Shown here piece by piece: positions 24,992 to 34,148 of a stretch of 64,000 bases of DNA. The position numbers and the translations under genes are program-made. The notes under the pieces were generated by a model. It searched no databases. It was not told the origin of the DNA and worked only from the letters and a program-made list of their open reading frames with translations. The DNA comes from Candidatus Parcubacteria bacterium (GTDB lineage Bacteria; Patescibacteriota; Minisyncoccia; Phycocordibacterales; UBA918): the NCBI GenBank assembly GCA_009995385.1, contig JAACPT010000002.1, forward strand, positions 759-64,758, written 5' to 3'. The stretch's first letter is position 1. Each line of letters starts with the position of its first letter.

Positions 24992-26896
24992 TTATCCCGT
25001 CCAGGCAAAGAGCATAATCGAGAAGTCAGTCAGACTGACCTTACTATCACGATTAATGTCGGCAGGTGGGTCGGAATCACCACCGTTACTATTCCACCAG
25101 AATAACAAAATCGAGAAGTCAATGAGGTTTACCTTACCATCACGGTTGAGGTCAGCATTAATTGGCACCTCGGCTGTTTTGCCAACACCGTAAAAAGTGT
25201 ACTCTGACCAGTTGGTCGTCGCGCCACCTTCTTGCGCAGACTTGGCGCGGATTTGATAGGTACCGACAGAAAAACTAGCAGTATCAACAGTGGTTGTCCA
25301 AAGTCCAGAAGCATTAGAAGTCACCGATATATCTTTCATGATAGTGGAGCGAAGTTTACCGTTTTGTAGTGATACAGTGGCGTTGGGAAGCGCGTATCCC
25401 GAAGCAGTCAGTGTTTCTCCAGGATTAACTGGATTGGGAGTAACTAGAATAGATGGTGCAACATTCACATTACTGAGCGCCGAAGTACGAGCACCAGTGA
25501 CCGTAAAGGAAGTACTAAAAGTCGAAGATTTGATACCATTAGGTCCAGTAGCATACACTCCAAAGGTGTACACCCCGCGCGCAATCTGATCAAGAGTAAT
25601 AGAGTAAGCCCCCGCAGCGGTAGCTTTGGTGGTATTTAAAAACTTCCCGTCTACCAAAATGCTTACCGTACTATTTGGATAGGCATACCCGGAAATCACT
25701 ACTCGCCCATCACCACTACGGTATGGCGCATCAGTAGATTCAAATCCACCACCCGCAGTGCTACCAGAACCTCCGCCCGAGCCACCGCCACCGCCACCGC
25801 CCGAGCCACCAGTACCAGAAGAACCTCCTTCCAGTGGTTGTTCCCCACTCGATTGTCCTGTCGTGCCACCTGAACCAGAGCCGTCACCGGTTCCGTCATT
25901 GCCTGACCCACTACCATCACCACTCACATCACCATCGGTATTGGCGGTACCAGTCGGAATATCATTCACCGAGAACTCAATAAGAAAGTCATCGGTATTC
26001 ATATTGCCTTCATCGTCAATACACCGCACAAAGAATCTCTGCAAACTATTTGGTACGACTGCCACAATAGTAGAGTGAAAAATGTAACCAGTATTAGAAA
26101 AAGTAGACGACATAGAAGCATACGGGGTGCCAGACTCCGTATCAAACCGACAATTCGAAAGTTCGTCAGTTTCTAGTGATATTTCTACACTGAGAGTAGT
26201 ACCACCAACGGTACTCGTTGGAGCAGGGTTAAATCGAAACGGCGGTACCGTCTCTCTCGTATCTACTCCTGGGAAGTTTACTTTCTCATTTAAGAAAATT
26301 ACAAAATTTGCGTTTGCCACTACGCCACCATCGTAGATTTCAACTTTTACTTTATGTACTCCAGTTGAAATGGCGTTCATAATTGGCTCAATATCACCAG
26401 GGGTCGTGGTCGTACCAGTAGATGTACTGAAGGTAGTGACAGGCAAAAACGCATTAGTAGTGTGGTTACCGATACGGAACTGCAAATGACTACCCGCAGT
26501 AAGCGTAAAATCTGGCGCCAGTGTATACCGAATAAAACCGGGTGTACCGGTAGTGAATTCAACCTGATCAATCCCTGATGCGGCTACTGCTGCGGCATCA
26601 CGAGGAAAACCATTTACCCACAACTGCACATTTCTTTCTGCAAACGTAGAAGTCGCGAGAAGAGTAAATTGGTCTGGTAAGGTAATCTCGATACTCCCAC
26701 CCGGAGAGACTGTCGTACCGACAGTAAATTCAAGGGTGTGATTTGAGTACTCACTCGGTCCTGAGTCGCTCAAGACATCTCGATACTCAGTAATATTAAG
26801 CGCTTCGACGAACTGTGGAAACAGTAAAAGTAGCCCCACTATCAATGCGATAGTGAGCGGTAGAAAAATCGACCACGATTTCTGGACGCTGAACAT
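24992..26896 (-). CDS. Secreted multi-Ig protein with Gly/Ser linker and C-terminal dockerin (tandem EF-hand-like) domain
   Basis: Signal peptide ending VEA. C-terminal ADLNRDGKVNLIDFSILL...ADINRDSKVSLTDFSIML are two dockerin-type Ca-binding repeats. Gly-rich linker at approx. 25745-25945. Confidence 0.85.
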   Translation of the reverse strand: MFSVQKSWSIFLPLTIALIVGLLLLFPQFVEALNITEYRDVLSDSGPSEYSNHTLEFTVGTTVSPGGSIEITLPDQFTLLATSTFAERNVQLWVNGFPRDAAAVAASGIDQVEFTTGTPGFIRYTLAPDFTLTAGSHLQFRIGNHTTNAFLPVTTFSTSTGTTTTPGDIEPIMNAISTGVHKVKVEIYDGGVVANANFVIFLNEKVNFPGVDTRETVPPFRFNPAPTSTVGGTTLSVEISLETDELSNCRFDTESGTPYASMSSTFSNTGYIFHSTIVAVVPNSLQRFFVRCIDDEGNMNTDDFLIEFSVNDIPTGTANTDGDVSGDGSGSGNDGTGDGSGSGGTTGQSSGEQPLEGGSSGTGGSGGGGGGGSGGGSGSTAGGGFESTDAPYRSGDGRVVISGYAYPNSTVSILVDGKFLNTTKATAAGAYSITLDQIARGVYTFGVYATGPNGIKSSTFSTSFTVTGARTSALSNVNVAPSILVTPNPVNPGETLTASGYALPNATVSLQNGKLRSTIMKDISVTSNASGLWTTTVDTASFSVGTYQIRAKSAQEGGATTNWSEYTFYGVGKTAEVPINADLNRDGKVNLIDFSILLFWWNSNGGDSDPPADINRDSKVSLTDFSIMLFAWTG

Positions 26897-26951
26897 AGAT
26901 ACTCACTCATTGTACCCTACAGAAGCACATAATCTTTGCGCATTACACAGG

Positions 26952-27371
26952 TCAGGCATTGCGCAATTCACGTAGGCGAAGATAATCAAGGGTGTAATTG
27001 AGCAATATCAATATAAGAAGAATAAAGAGAACGCTCGATAAGATATACGTGGCGGTACTAGAATCACCCATTCCCGTAGAGAGCTCGACTGTTATCTCGC
27101 GTTCCCGCAATGCTGCCTCACGAGCAGCGAGTTCACGTTCCTTTTTAGTCAACTCGGCAGTAATTTGATTGAGTTCGTTTGGTTGTACTGCCGCACTCAT
27201 ACCAATGACATTGGCTAGGTAAAGGTGCGTCTGCTTGGAAATATCTTTAGTAGATTCACGAACTAATCCACTTTCAAAAGCCAAGACTAGTGCACAGAGG
27301 AGCGCGGCAGTACGTAGAAAACGATGGTAGTTACTGTCTTGTTGCAAATGCATACTCATATAGTGTACCAC
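26952..27371 (-). CDS. Small membrane protein (TM - coiled coil - TM); true start may be ATG 27359 or 27353
   Basis: Hydrophobic N- and C-terminal segments flank NELNQITAELTKKERELAAREAALRERE. It abuts the upstream gene's stop. Confidence 0.75.
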   Translation of the reverse strand: MVHYMSMHLQQDSNYHRFLRTAALLCALVLAFESGLVRESTKDISKQTHLYLANVIGMSAAVQPNELNQITAELTKKERELAAREAALREREITVELSTGMGDSSTATYILSSVLFILLILILLNYTLDYLRLRELRNA

Positions 27372-28465
27372 TACGCAAAGAGTGCGAGCAGTACAATCAA
27401 CGATAAAGCAATGACTGTAAGTGTTACCACCAGTACCAGTAGTACTGCCGAGGAATTGCTTCTGCTACGGCGATGGACAATTCGTCTACCCTGATTTAGA
27501 TGTGCGAGTGAGCGGCGAATGTACAATCGAACAAAAATAAAGATGACAAGTAGTAGTACCCCCAGCGCGACGAGTGCTGGTCCGATGATGTTCATCGGGA
27601 GAATCCAAAACGTGACTGAACTCGACATGGTCTTCTTCGCACCACTCTCGCCGTATACCGGACTGAGTATCGCTTCATAGCGCCCAAACCCAATTGAGTC
27701 ACCAGTCCAAACAATGTTCTTGAATTCACGAGTGTCGTTAGGGAAGACTGAGAAACGTTCTTCGTTAAACATCAAATCCCCTACCTTATTGCCAAGCATA
27801 TTGTAAATTTCAAGCGGACCCATTGGACGTACGAGGACATTACCATTATTTTCGATACGAACATCAAACTCCACGTTCTGTGAACCATGCAAGAATTTGG
27901 AGGTAGAAAACTGGCGAATACTAGCTTCCTCTACAATATCTCCATTTACTCGAATACTGAGCACACTCGCGACCTGATATCCAACCGCTGCACCAGAATT
28001 TTCAATCTTTGGTGGGTCAACGGAAATAAACACTCCACCAAAGTGACTACCTGGCGAAGCATTCATTGGGACAGTCAACGTCATGTCAACAGATGATTGA
28101 CCTTTAGCTGGAATAGTAATTTCACTGTATGGAAGAACGATCCAATCTGCCAGCTCGTATCCCGTCTGCTCAAAGTTATCGGAAGCAAAGATTGGTACTC
28201 CCCCTTCTTTCACACCAGAAATATTTCTGGTGAAAAGATAGTATGTTTGTTCAGCAGCATTTAGATTTTCAATACTCAGCGAATATTGCTTGGTAACCCC
28301 AGGATCAAGCGTCTCTTCAAGCATCGCTGGTTTGATACTCACCCCTACTTGCTGCGCAAAAGCGAGCACCGGAAAAGAAAGCCAAAATGTAGAAACTATG
28401 AATAGTGACAAAAAGAAATGTTCAACAATAGCCCGTAGCATACGAGAGGAATAAGTCGAATTCAT
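27371..28465 (-). CDS. DUF916/DUF3324-like (CscA/WxL-interacting, PapD-like Ig) membrane protein
   Basis: Signal peptide; V.IKPA..E..LDPG....L.IEN; LADWI; P.NASPGSHFGG; RIENNGNV..RP.G; GRYEA; two C-terminal TMs. Confidence 0.7.
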   Translation of the reverse strand: MNSTYSSRMLRAIVEHFFLSLFIVSTFWLSFPVLAFAQQVGVSIKPAMLEETLDPGVTKQYSLSIENLNAAEQTYYLFTRNISGVKEGGVPIFASDNFEQTGYELADWIVLPYSEITIPAKGQSSVDMTLTVPMNASPGSHFGGVFISVDPPKIENSGAAVGYQVASVLSIRVNGDIVEEASIRQFSTSKFLHGSQNVEFDVRIENNGNVLVRPMGPLEIYNMLGNKVGDLMFNEERFSVFPNDTREFKNIVWTGDSIGFGRYEAILSPVYGESGAKKTMSSSVTFWILPMNIIGPALVALGVLLLVIFIFVRLYIRRSLAHLNQGRRIVHRRSRSNSSAVLLVLVVTLTVIALSLIVLLALFA

Positions 28466-28525
28466 AATATAAACCTATCTTAATAATCTTCATATCATAC
28501 CATCGACCAATTCTTCATTTAGGTG

Positions 28526-28574
28526 ACTTATGTACAACAAAAACCTCCCAGGGAGGTTTTTGTTGTACATAAGT
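28526..28574. terminator. Perfect 24-bp inverted repeat (1-nt spacer) right after the 366-aa gene
   Basis: acttatgtacaacaaaaacctccc-a-gggaggtttttgttgtacataagt. Confidence 0.7.
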
Positions 28575-28584
28575 GTGTAGGAAT

Positions 28585-29685
28585 TTAGAAGGTCGGAGTA
28601 GCGATATATGTCAACGTTGTGTTGTAGTCATCAGCTGCTTCCTGAAGTGGAGTGATTTCGATTTGGTATCCGATATCAGTCTGTCCTACGTCATCACCAG
28701 TGGAATCAACGGTAAAGGTCGTACCATCTGATGGACCATTGTGAGCCATCACTACACGTGGAGTCGTACTAGCCGACACCCAAGTATTAGCGGCAGTAAA
28801 GTCTGTTGCCCCTTGCAGGTTTCCGTCTTCTGTGGTGAGACCCCAGTGACCGTACGTATTCTCATCAAGGAGAGAATTTGAAGGATTTGCCCAGGCGGCT
28901 GGAGTGTCGTCATAGGCACCGTCTGCAAAGCCATCAATGTCTGCTCCTGTCGATGATTGAAGATTTCCATCTTGCTCAACAGTCACTACAAAACCATTTT
29001 TAGCATTCGTCGTTACGTTAAGTCTTTGTGCCAACGTCTTGATCTGACCAGCGGTAAGGACTCCGAATGGAATTTCTGTTGGCGTGGTTGAACCGGTAGT
29101 CGAAGTACCATTGATGGCAGTTGAAGTAGCCAGACCAGTGATAGTGAAGTTGAAAGTTGTTTCAACGACAGCGGTCACGAGGACATTATCAATGATGGCG
29201 ACACGAGTCTTACCTGTGTCAGTTGGAGTAACTACGGCGATTTCGTATGAACCAGTGGTTCCAGGATTGGTAATCTTTCCGTCTGCGATCGCGACTACTA
29301 CTTCTTCTGTGGCGTTAGCGGTGGTGTCGAGTGAAAGAGTAAGCACCTCCCCAACAGCGGTCAATGAGTCTTGCGCTGCGGCTCCTCCGTTAACGGTTAC
29401 TGTTATGTCCCCGCCTGTCACAGTGTTTACTCCAGTAAAGCCAGCAGGGAACGTGATAGTGAAAGTGCTGGCAGCACCAAGAGTTGAAGCGGTTGGAATA
29501 GTAAAAGCGATGGTATGCCCTGAGGTGACGCTAAGGTCAGAGTCAGAGAGTGTATCACTAATGAGTGTGAGGTTAGCTGCTTGCGCAGTGGTATAGAGGC
29601 CGATTGACCAAAGTACCATTGCACTTGCAACAAGTGTCGCGACCACCCGTTGCGCAAAGCCAACGTGAGTTGCTTTTGCGAACAT
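28585..29685 (-). CDS. Secreted two-domain Thr-rich beta protein with WxL-like C-terminal domain; candidate major surface/fibre subunit
   Basis: Signal peptide ending AQA, no membrane anchor. ..IPFG.L....RLNVTTNAKNGFVVTV..GNLQS and terminal QEAADDYNTTLTYIATPTF resemble the final strand of WxL/fimbrial-like domains. Confidence 0.75.
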   Translation of the reverse strand: MFAKATHVGFAQRVVATLVASAMVLWSIGLYTTAQAANLTLISDTLSDSDLSVTSGHTIAFTIPTASTLGAASTFTITFPAGFTGVNTVTGGDITVTVNGGAAAQDSLTAVGEVLTLSLDTTANATEEVVVAIADGKITNPGTTGSYEIAVVTPTDTGKTRVAIIDNVLVTAVVETTFNFTITGLATSTAINGTSTTGSTTPTEIPFGVLTAGQIKTLAQRLNVTTNAKNGFVVTVEQDGNLQSSTGADIDGFADGAYDDTPAAWANPSNSLLDENTYGHWGLTTEDGNLQGATDFTAANTWVSASTTPRVVMAHNGPSDGTTFTVDSTGDDVGQTDIGYQIEITPLQEAADDYNTTLTYIATPTF

Positions 29686-29845
29686 ATTATATGAATATTA
29701 TTTTAAATAACTTTCTTCTACGTTGTACCAACGAGAAGGTTTCGATGGCAGCTTTTGTGGAGAAGATACTTGTTCCAAATTATTTGAGAAAATCTCAGCC
29801 TGTTATGGAACAGTGTATCACTGCTATCGAACTACCATTAGTATA
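29686..29845 (-). promoter_or_regulatory. -10 box (TATACT, plus-strand agtata 29840-29845) and ~150-nt structured 5' leader of the 366-aa gene
   Basis: Minus-strand stacked helices UUCGAU/AUCGAA, GCAG/CUGC, GAUAC/GUAUC, UGUUCCA/UGGAACA, UGAG/CUCA, then hairpin CGUUG-GUA-CAACG. Confidence 0.55.
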
Positions 29846-29989
29846 CAAAGTCTTTTTGAAATCGTCTTATGCTCACTGTTGATAACCGTAATCTCATGAC
29901 CTTTGTACTTTTTTTGTAGCTATATTTTGAGCCAATTTATGCTTACAGACTGGAAAATACCGATTGATTGGGTAAAGAACACGTGTCGA

Positions 29990-31246
29990 TTAGACACTGT
30001 CTGTCTTTACTACTGCTATATCAGACCAGCGAGTCGTATACGCTGGTGAACGGACTTCAGCTTTAGCCTGCCAAGCGGTGTTCTTAAGATGACTTCCGAA
30101 GAGAACTACTTCTTTCCCACCACGGCGATTAAGGGCATCAACCACCAGCATGAGACGCCCGTCGTCAGACGAACCAACCGCTCCAAATAACTTCAGATTT
30201 ACCCCCGCCACTGGAGTGAGCTCAAGTAGAGTCACCCCAACTTTTTTATACGGCACACCGGCTTCAAACAGCTCATCAAGAAGCGTTTCTGCCACCTGAA
30301 GGAGCGTCAAAGTATTATTGGTAGGGATAGGTAATATCGCCTCTCTTGTACCGCCACGTAGCACAAAATCACCGTAGCGACTAGGATATATAGCGATTCT
30401 GATATGACTTGTCACTTGCGCTTCGGCGCGCAAATCAGCCGCAGTATGACGGACATGATATGCCACTGCGTCTGCGAGTGTCGAACGATCAGTGACTACA
30501 TTCTGGAACGAGCGAGAACTCATGATACTGTGCTGGGGCTGGTGTTTTTGCTGTAGCAACAAGACCGATGTACCACTGAGCTCTTGTTGCAAACGTACTC
30601 CATTGCTACCAAAAAGTTTCACTAGTCGAGCCGAATCAACTGTAAGCAAATCGGCCACCGTTTGGATTCCATGTTGTTTGTACCGAAATTCTAGTTTCCC
30701 GCCCACTCCCCATATCTGAGCCAACGGAATCGCTTGAACTTCTTTGAACCAACTTGATCTATCAAGAACATGAATCCCAGTACCTTTTTTGGCTCGGCCA
30801 TTAGCGACTTTTGCCAATGTTTTGGTTGGAGCAATTCCAACTGACACTGGAATACCAACCGACCGTTCGACTTCATATTTTAACCGAGAAGCAACTGCAG
30901 ACGGTTCAACATCCACTCTGAAAAAAGCTTCATCTATAGAATACTGTTCGATCAAATCAAGCTCCGCACGCATTACCGAAAATACCCGCCTGGAGATATC
31001 GCGATACAGGGAAAAATGTGAAGAAAACACGGTAATACCGTGTTTTTGTACAGTGTCCTTTATCTTAAAATAAGGGACACCCATAGAGACACCAATGTCC
31101 TTTACTTCTTGAGAACGAGCGACAACACAACCGTCATTACTCGAAAGTACCAAGACTGGCTTTCCGATAAGGTCGGGTCTAAATAGCCGTTCGCACGAAA
31201 CGAAGAAATTGTTGCAATCAAGAAGTCCAATGAGTGGTGCGGTCAT
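29990..31246 (-). CDS. umuC: Y-family DNA polymerase V catalytic subunit UmuC
   Basis: DCNNFFVSCERLFRPDL; VLSSNDGCVVARS; YSIDEAF; C-terminal SPAYTTRW (DUF4113-like). Confidence 0.93.
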   Translation of the reverse strand: MTAPLIGLLDCNNFFVSCERLFRPDLIGKPVLVLSSNDGCVVARSQEVKDIGVSMGVPYFKIKDTVQKHGITVFSSHFSLYRDISRRVFSVMRAELDLIEQYSIDEAFFRVDVEPSAVASRLKYEVERSVGIPVSVGIAPTKTLAKVANGRAKKGTGIHVLDRSSWFKEVQAIPLAQIWGVGGKLEFRYKQHGIQTVADLLTVDSARLVKLFGSNGVRLQQELSGTSVLLLQQKHQPQHSIMSSRSFQNVVTDRSTLADAVAYHVRHTAADLRAEAQVTSHIRIAIYPSRYGDFVLRGGTREAILPIPTNNTLTLLQVAETLLDELFEAGVPYKKVGVTLLELTPVAGVNLKLFGAVGSSDDGRLMLVVDALNRRGGKEVVLFGSHLKNTAWQAKAEVRSPAYTTRWSDIAVVKTDSV

Positions 31247-31264
31247 GCTAATAGTATAGCAAAA

Positions 31265-31287
31265 CGGCGCGCCCGTAGGGCGCGCCG
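31265..31287 (-). terminator. GC-rich hairpin after the GH18 gene
   Basis: cggcgcgccc-gta-gggcgcgccg followed by tttt on the minus strand. Confidence 0.6.
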
Positions 31288-31300
31288 ATGTACTGCGTAC

Positions 31301-32500
31301 CTAGAATAATTTCCAAATGTCAGGATCTTCTTCTCCATCAACTTTGAAAATTGCGGCGCCACGTAAATTATATTTCTTTACTAACTCAAGCTTGTCTTCG
31401 ACTGCTTTAGCATCACTCCAGGTAACAAACCGAACTGGTATTTCTACCTTGGCAACTGTCGCCACGAGCAGTGCCTTGGCAGCTGCTTCATACCCATTTG
31501 GTGTTCCTTTAGGAGTAGGGAGTTGATTAAATATTTTCCACACGGAATCCTCGGGGAAATACGAGAGCACCGCTTCCCCACCTTCAGTACGTCCGATTAC
31601 TGCTCCGTACTTTTTTGAAAGTTCGAGAATACGAGGGTGGTTAAGGGAAGCAACTCGTTTGTAATCTCGGTACCAGTCCGGTGCAACAGTAATGTCCCAA
31701 GCGCGCCCATAGGTCGCTACGCCGAGCATAATCTTGTCAGCAGCAATATCCTTCAACGCTAATTTAATTACTTTTTCTACCCATTCATTATCTGCTACCG
31801 GCATATATGGCACTCCCCTTCGTTCATCGTTGAGTTTTAAATCAGCCCGTTGTTGATCGTATGCCATGATTTCAACCCAATCACAATAACGATTCATCGC
31901 CTTGTAATCATTGGCATATTCAATAACCTTCGGTACTTCACGCCAGCGAGAATCGGGCGGAGTCCGGGCTTCGATGGTACAAGTGAGATCCTTACTTCCC
32001 AGCGCTTTAGAGAGTTCTTTTAAGAATGAAGAATAGTGGTCTTTAGTCTCTGATTTCTTTGCTTCATAATCAATATTTACCCCATTGAAATCATACTTTT
32101 TTACCATTTTTACAATCGCTTTCACGTGCGCCGCTCGGGCAGTATCGTTGCTGAGTACAGCGTGAATCGCAACTCCATCAAACCACGCGATCGTGGGAAT
32201 AATAGCTACTCGACCTCTTTCCGCTTTTTTAAACAAAGCTCGCCAGTGCTTATCATCAAAATCGACTCGATTCTTGAGTGTTCCATCTAGATTGACCTCA
32301 TAGACGAATGGGTAAATTATATCGAGCGAATTTATGTTTTTTAGAGCACTTTTTGCTCCCGCCTCTTCTGTCCACCACGGTACCCAGGCTGCCACCTGCT
32401 GACTTGCACCATGCGCAAATGTTGGCACCAACAGAAAACCTAGCAGCATCAACCCCACATAGAATTGTTGGGGTATATTTTTGATATGTTTTTGTGTCAT
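31301..32500 (-). CDS. Secreted GH18 glycoside hydrolase (chitinase/peptidoglycan hydrolase-like)
   Basis: Signal peptide; FNGVNIDYE (DxxDxDxE-like); IMAYD; KIMLGVATYGRAW; K...VKKYNLRGAAIF. Confidence 0.88.
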   Translation of the reverse strand: MTQKHIKNIPQQFYVGLMLLGFLLVPTFAHGASQQVAAWVPWWTEEAGAKSALKNINSLDIIYPFVYEVNLDGTLKNRVDFDDKHWRALFKKAERGRVAIIPTIAWFDGVAIHAVLSNDTARAAHVKAIVKMVKKYDFNGVNIDYEAKKSETKDHYSSFLKELSKALGSKDLTCTIEARTPPDSRWREVPKVIEYANDYKAMNRYCDWVEIMAYDQQRADLKLNDERRGVPYMPVADNEWVEKVIKLALKDIAADKIMLGVATYGRAWDITVAPDWYRDYKRVASLNHPRILELSKKYGAVIGRTEGGEAVLSYFPEDSVWKIFNQLPTPKGTPNGYEAAAKALLVATVAKVEIPVRFVTWSDAKAVEDKLELVKKYNLRGAAIFKVDGEEDPDIWKLF

Positions 32501-32530
32501 ATACGTACAGACGTGAAGGAGGCTGCACTC

Positions 32531-32974
32531 TTACGATAGTACTCGTGCTGAACCAACCACCGCCCCCCAGATGAAGCAACCTTCAGTGTCATTGATTTCA
32601 ATCGGTTCATACTGCTCATTTTCAGAAACTAATTGAAAACCGTCAGTAGTCTTTTTTAGACGTTTAACCACCAATTCTCCATATACTGCCGCCACCACAA
32701 TCATTCCTGAAGCCGGTTCAATTGAGCGGTCAACCACCAAGATATCCCCCGCAAAAATACGTGCCCCTTCCATTGAATCACCAGAGACGCGGACAAAAAA
32801 GGTAGCGGTTGGATTTTCGATTAATAAATCATTTAAATCGAGTGGTTCTTCGACCAAATCATCACCCGGAGCTGGAAAGCCAGCTGCTGGTTGTGCGCTA
32901 TACATCGTCTGCTCGGTGATCTTTTCTATAGCAACAGGGGAGATGGCAGTGACTAATACCTTAGACTGTTTCAT
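32531..32974 (-). CDS. umuD: UmuD (S24 peptidase family) Pol V accessory subunit
   Basis: AAGFPAPGDD cleavage region; LDLNDLLI..PTATFFVRVSGDSM (catalytic Ser); VVKRL (catalytic Lys). Start ATG 32974 lies 6 nt after TATACT. Confidence 0.92.
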   Translation of the reverse strand: MKQSKVLVTAISPVAIEKITEQTMYSAQPAAGFPAPGDDLVEEPLDLNDLLIENPTATFFVRVSGDSMEGARIFAGDILVVDRSIEPASGMIVVAAVYGELVVKRLKKTTDGFQLVSENEQYEPIEINDTEGCFIWGAVVGSARVLS

Positions 32975-33017
32975 ACGTCCAGTATACGCAACAAAGAGAC
33001 GTACAGCAAAAAAGCGT

Positions 33018-34148
33018 TTACACGATGACCGCACCACCAGTTAGTAGTATGTGGGTATACCACAATACTCCCATACCGCACAAAAGTAGCACTCCATATG
33101 CTACCTGTACCATGCGGAATCGACGTGCTTCTAGCACCACAGAAATCGAAAGTAATAAAGCGACAATTATACCCATAATTACATAGACAAACTGAAGCAC
33201 CGTGTTTGGCTGAGTAGCGATAGCTGGGATAGTGCTACCAGATTGCAGTGTTTCCGGGATAGTTATTGACGTGACAGCAAGACCAGATGAAGTAGCAATA
33301 AGGGAAGATTCAATCACTACAACATCTGCTGGGGCTTCTATCTCAGCGAGGGAGACATCAGGAAGAGTCGTTTCTTCTTCTTTCAGTGGTGGCGTACCAA
33401 CTTCTGATACTGAAGTTATTTCAGAGGTGACCGCTACTTCTTCCACTCTTTGACTACTCACCACTTTGGAATCTATTATTGAGACTTCTGATCTGGTCTC
33501 AGCTGATAAGACAGCTGGTGATTCTATAGAAGTTGGTACCAGAGACTCAATTGTTTTTGCGACAACTGGAGCGGTGGGAGGAGGAGTGACAACTGGTGGT
33601 GGAGTGACTACTGGACGAGTAGCTGGTGCGCCAAAAAGTTGGACGACATAAACCGTATCATACCCTTCAAACGTACCCTTGGCAGTACCGACACCAATCT
33701 CGGTATACTGTGGACCCACGATATTTTCACGATGGGTTAGTGAATTCATCCACGCATCCACTACTTCCGTTGAATCGGTAAAATGAATAGCGAGGTTTTC
33801 TCCAGCGTGCGCGTAAACGTAGCCAACCTGATCAAACCAGTACCATGGTGAAATACCATCAGGGCTATAGTGTGCGAAGTATTGGTTTTTTGCCATATGC
33901 TCAGCTTTACGCTGTGCAGCTCTATCCAAGACTTCACTACGCACCAACGGACTAACCGCGTTCTGTGCTCGCTCTTGATTGGTAAGGTCAACCACGACCG
34001 CTGGCAATACGGTGGAGACCAGCCAATCTGAAGATTTCCAAAGAATTGCCTGCAGGTTAGCTCCAACAAAAGTAAGTAGTACTAGCGCGCCCATGAGCGA
34101 CAGAGAAAATTTTTGCAGGATAGTAAGACCACGCGGATAACTATGCAT
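33018..34148 (-). CDS. CAP/SCP-domain membrane protein
   Basis: LTNQER...L..AAQRKAEHM....YFAH.SP.G...AGENLA...WMNS..HRENI...YTEIGVG. Flanked by TMs. Upstream TTGACA-N16-TTTAAT; start ATG 34148 chosen. Confidence 0.88.
   Translation of the reverse strand: MHSYPRGLTILQKFSLSLMGALVLLTFVGANLQAILWKSSDWLVSTVLPAVVVDLTNQERAQNAVSPLVRSEVLDRAAQRKAEHMAKNQYFAHYSPDGISPWYWFDQVGYVYAHAGENLAIHFTDSTEVVDAWMNSLTHRENIVGPQYTEIGVGTAKGTFEGYDTVYVVQLFGAPATRPVVTPPPVVTPPPTAPVVAKTIESLVPTSIESPAVLSAETRSEVSIIDSKVVSSQRVEEVAVTSEITSVSEVGTPPLKEEETTLPDVSLAEIEAPADVVVIESSLIATSSGLAVTSITIPETLQSGSTIPAIATQPNTVLQFVYVIMGIIVALLLSISVVLEARRFRMVQVAYGVLLLCGMGVLWYTHILLTGGAVIV

Noticed and set aside
25745-25945. GC-rich ccaccg/ccgcca short repeats
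   Set aside because: They simply encode the Gly/Ser linker of the dockerin protein.
32975-33017. Canonical SOS box upstream of umuD
   Set aside because: No CTGT-N8-ACAG or GAAC-N4-GTTC match was seen.
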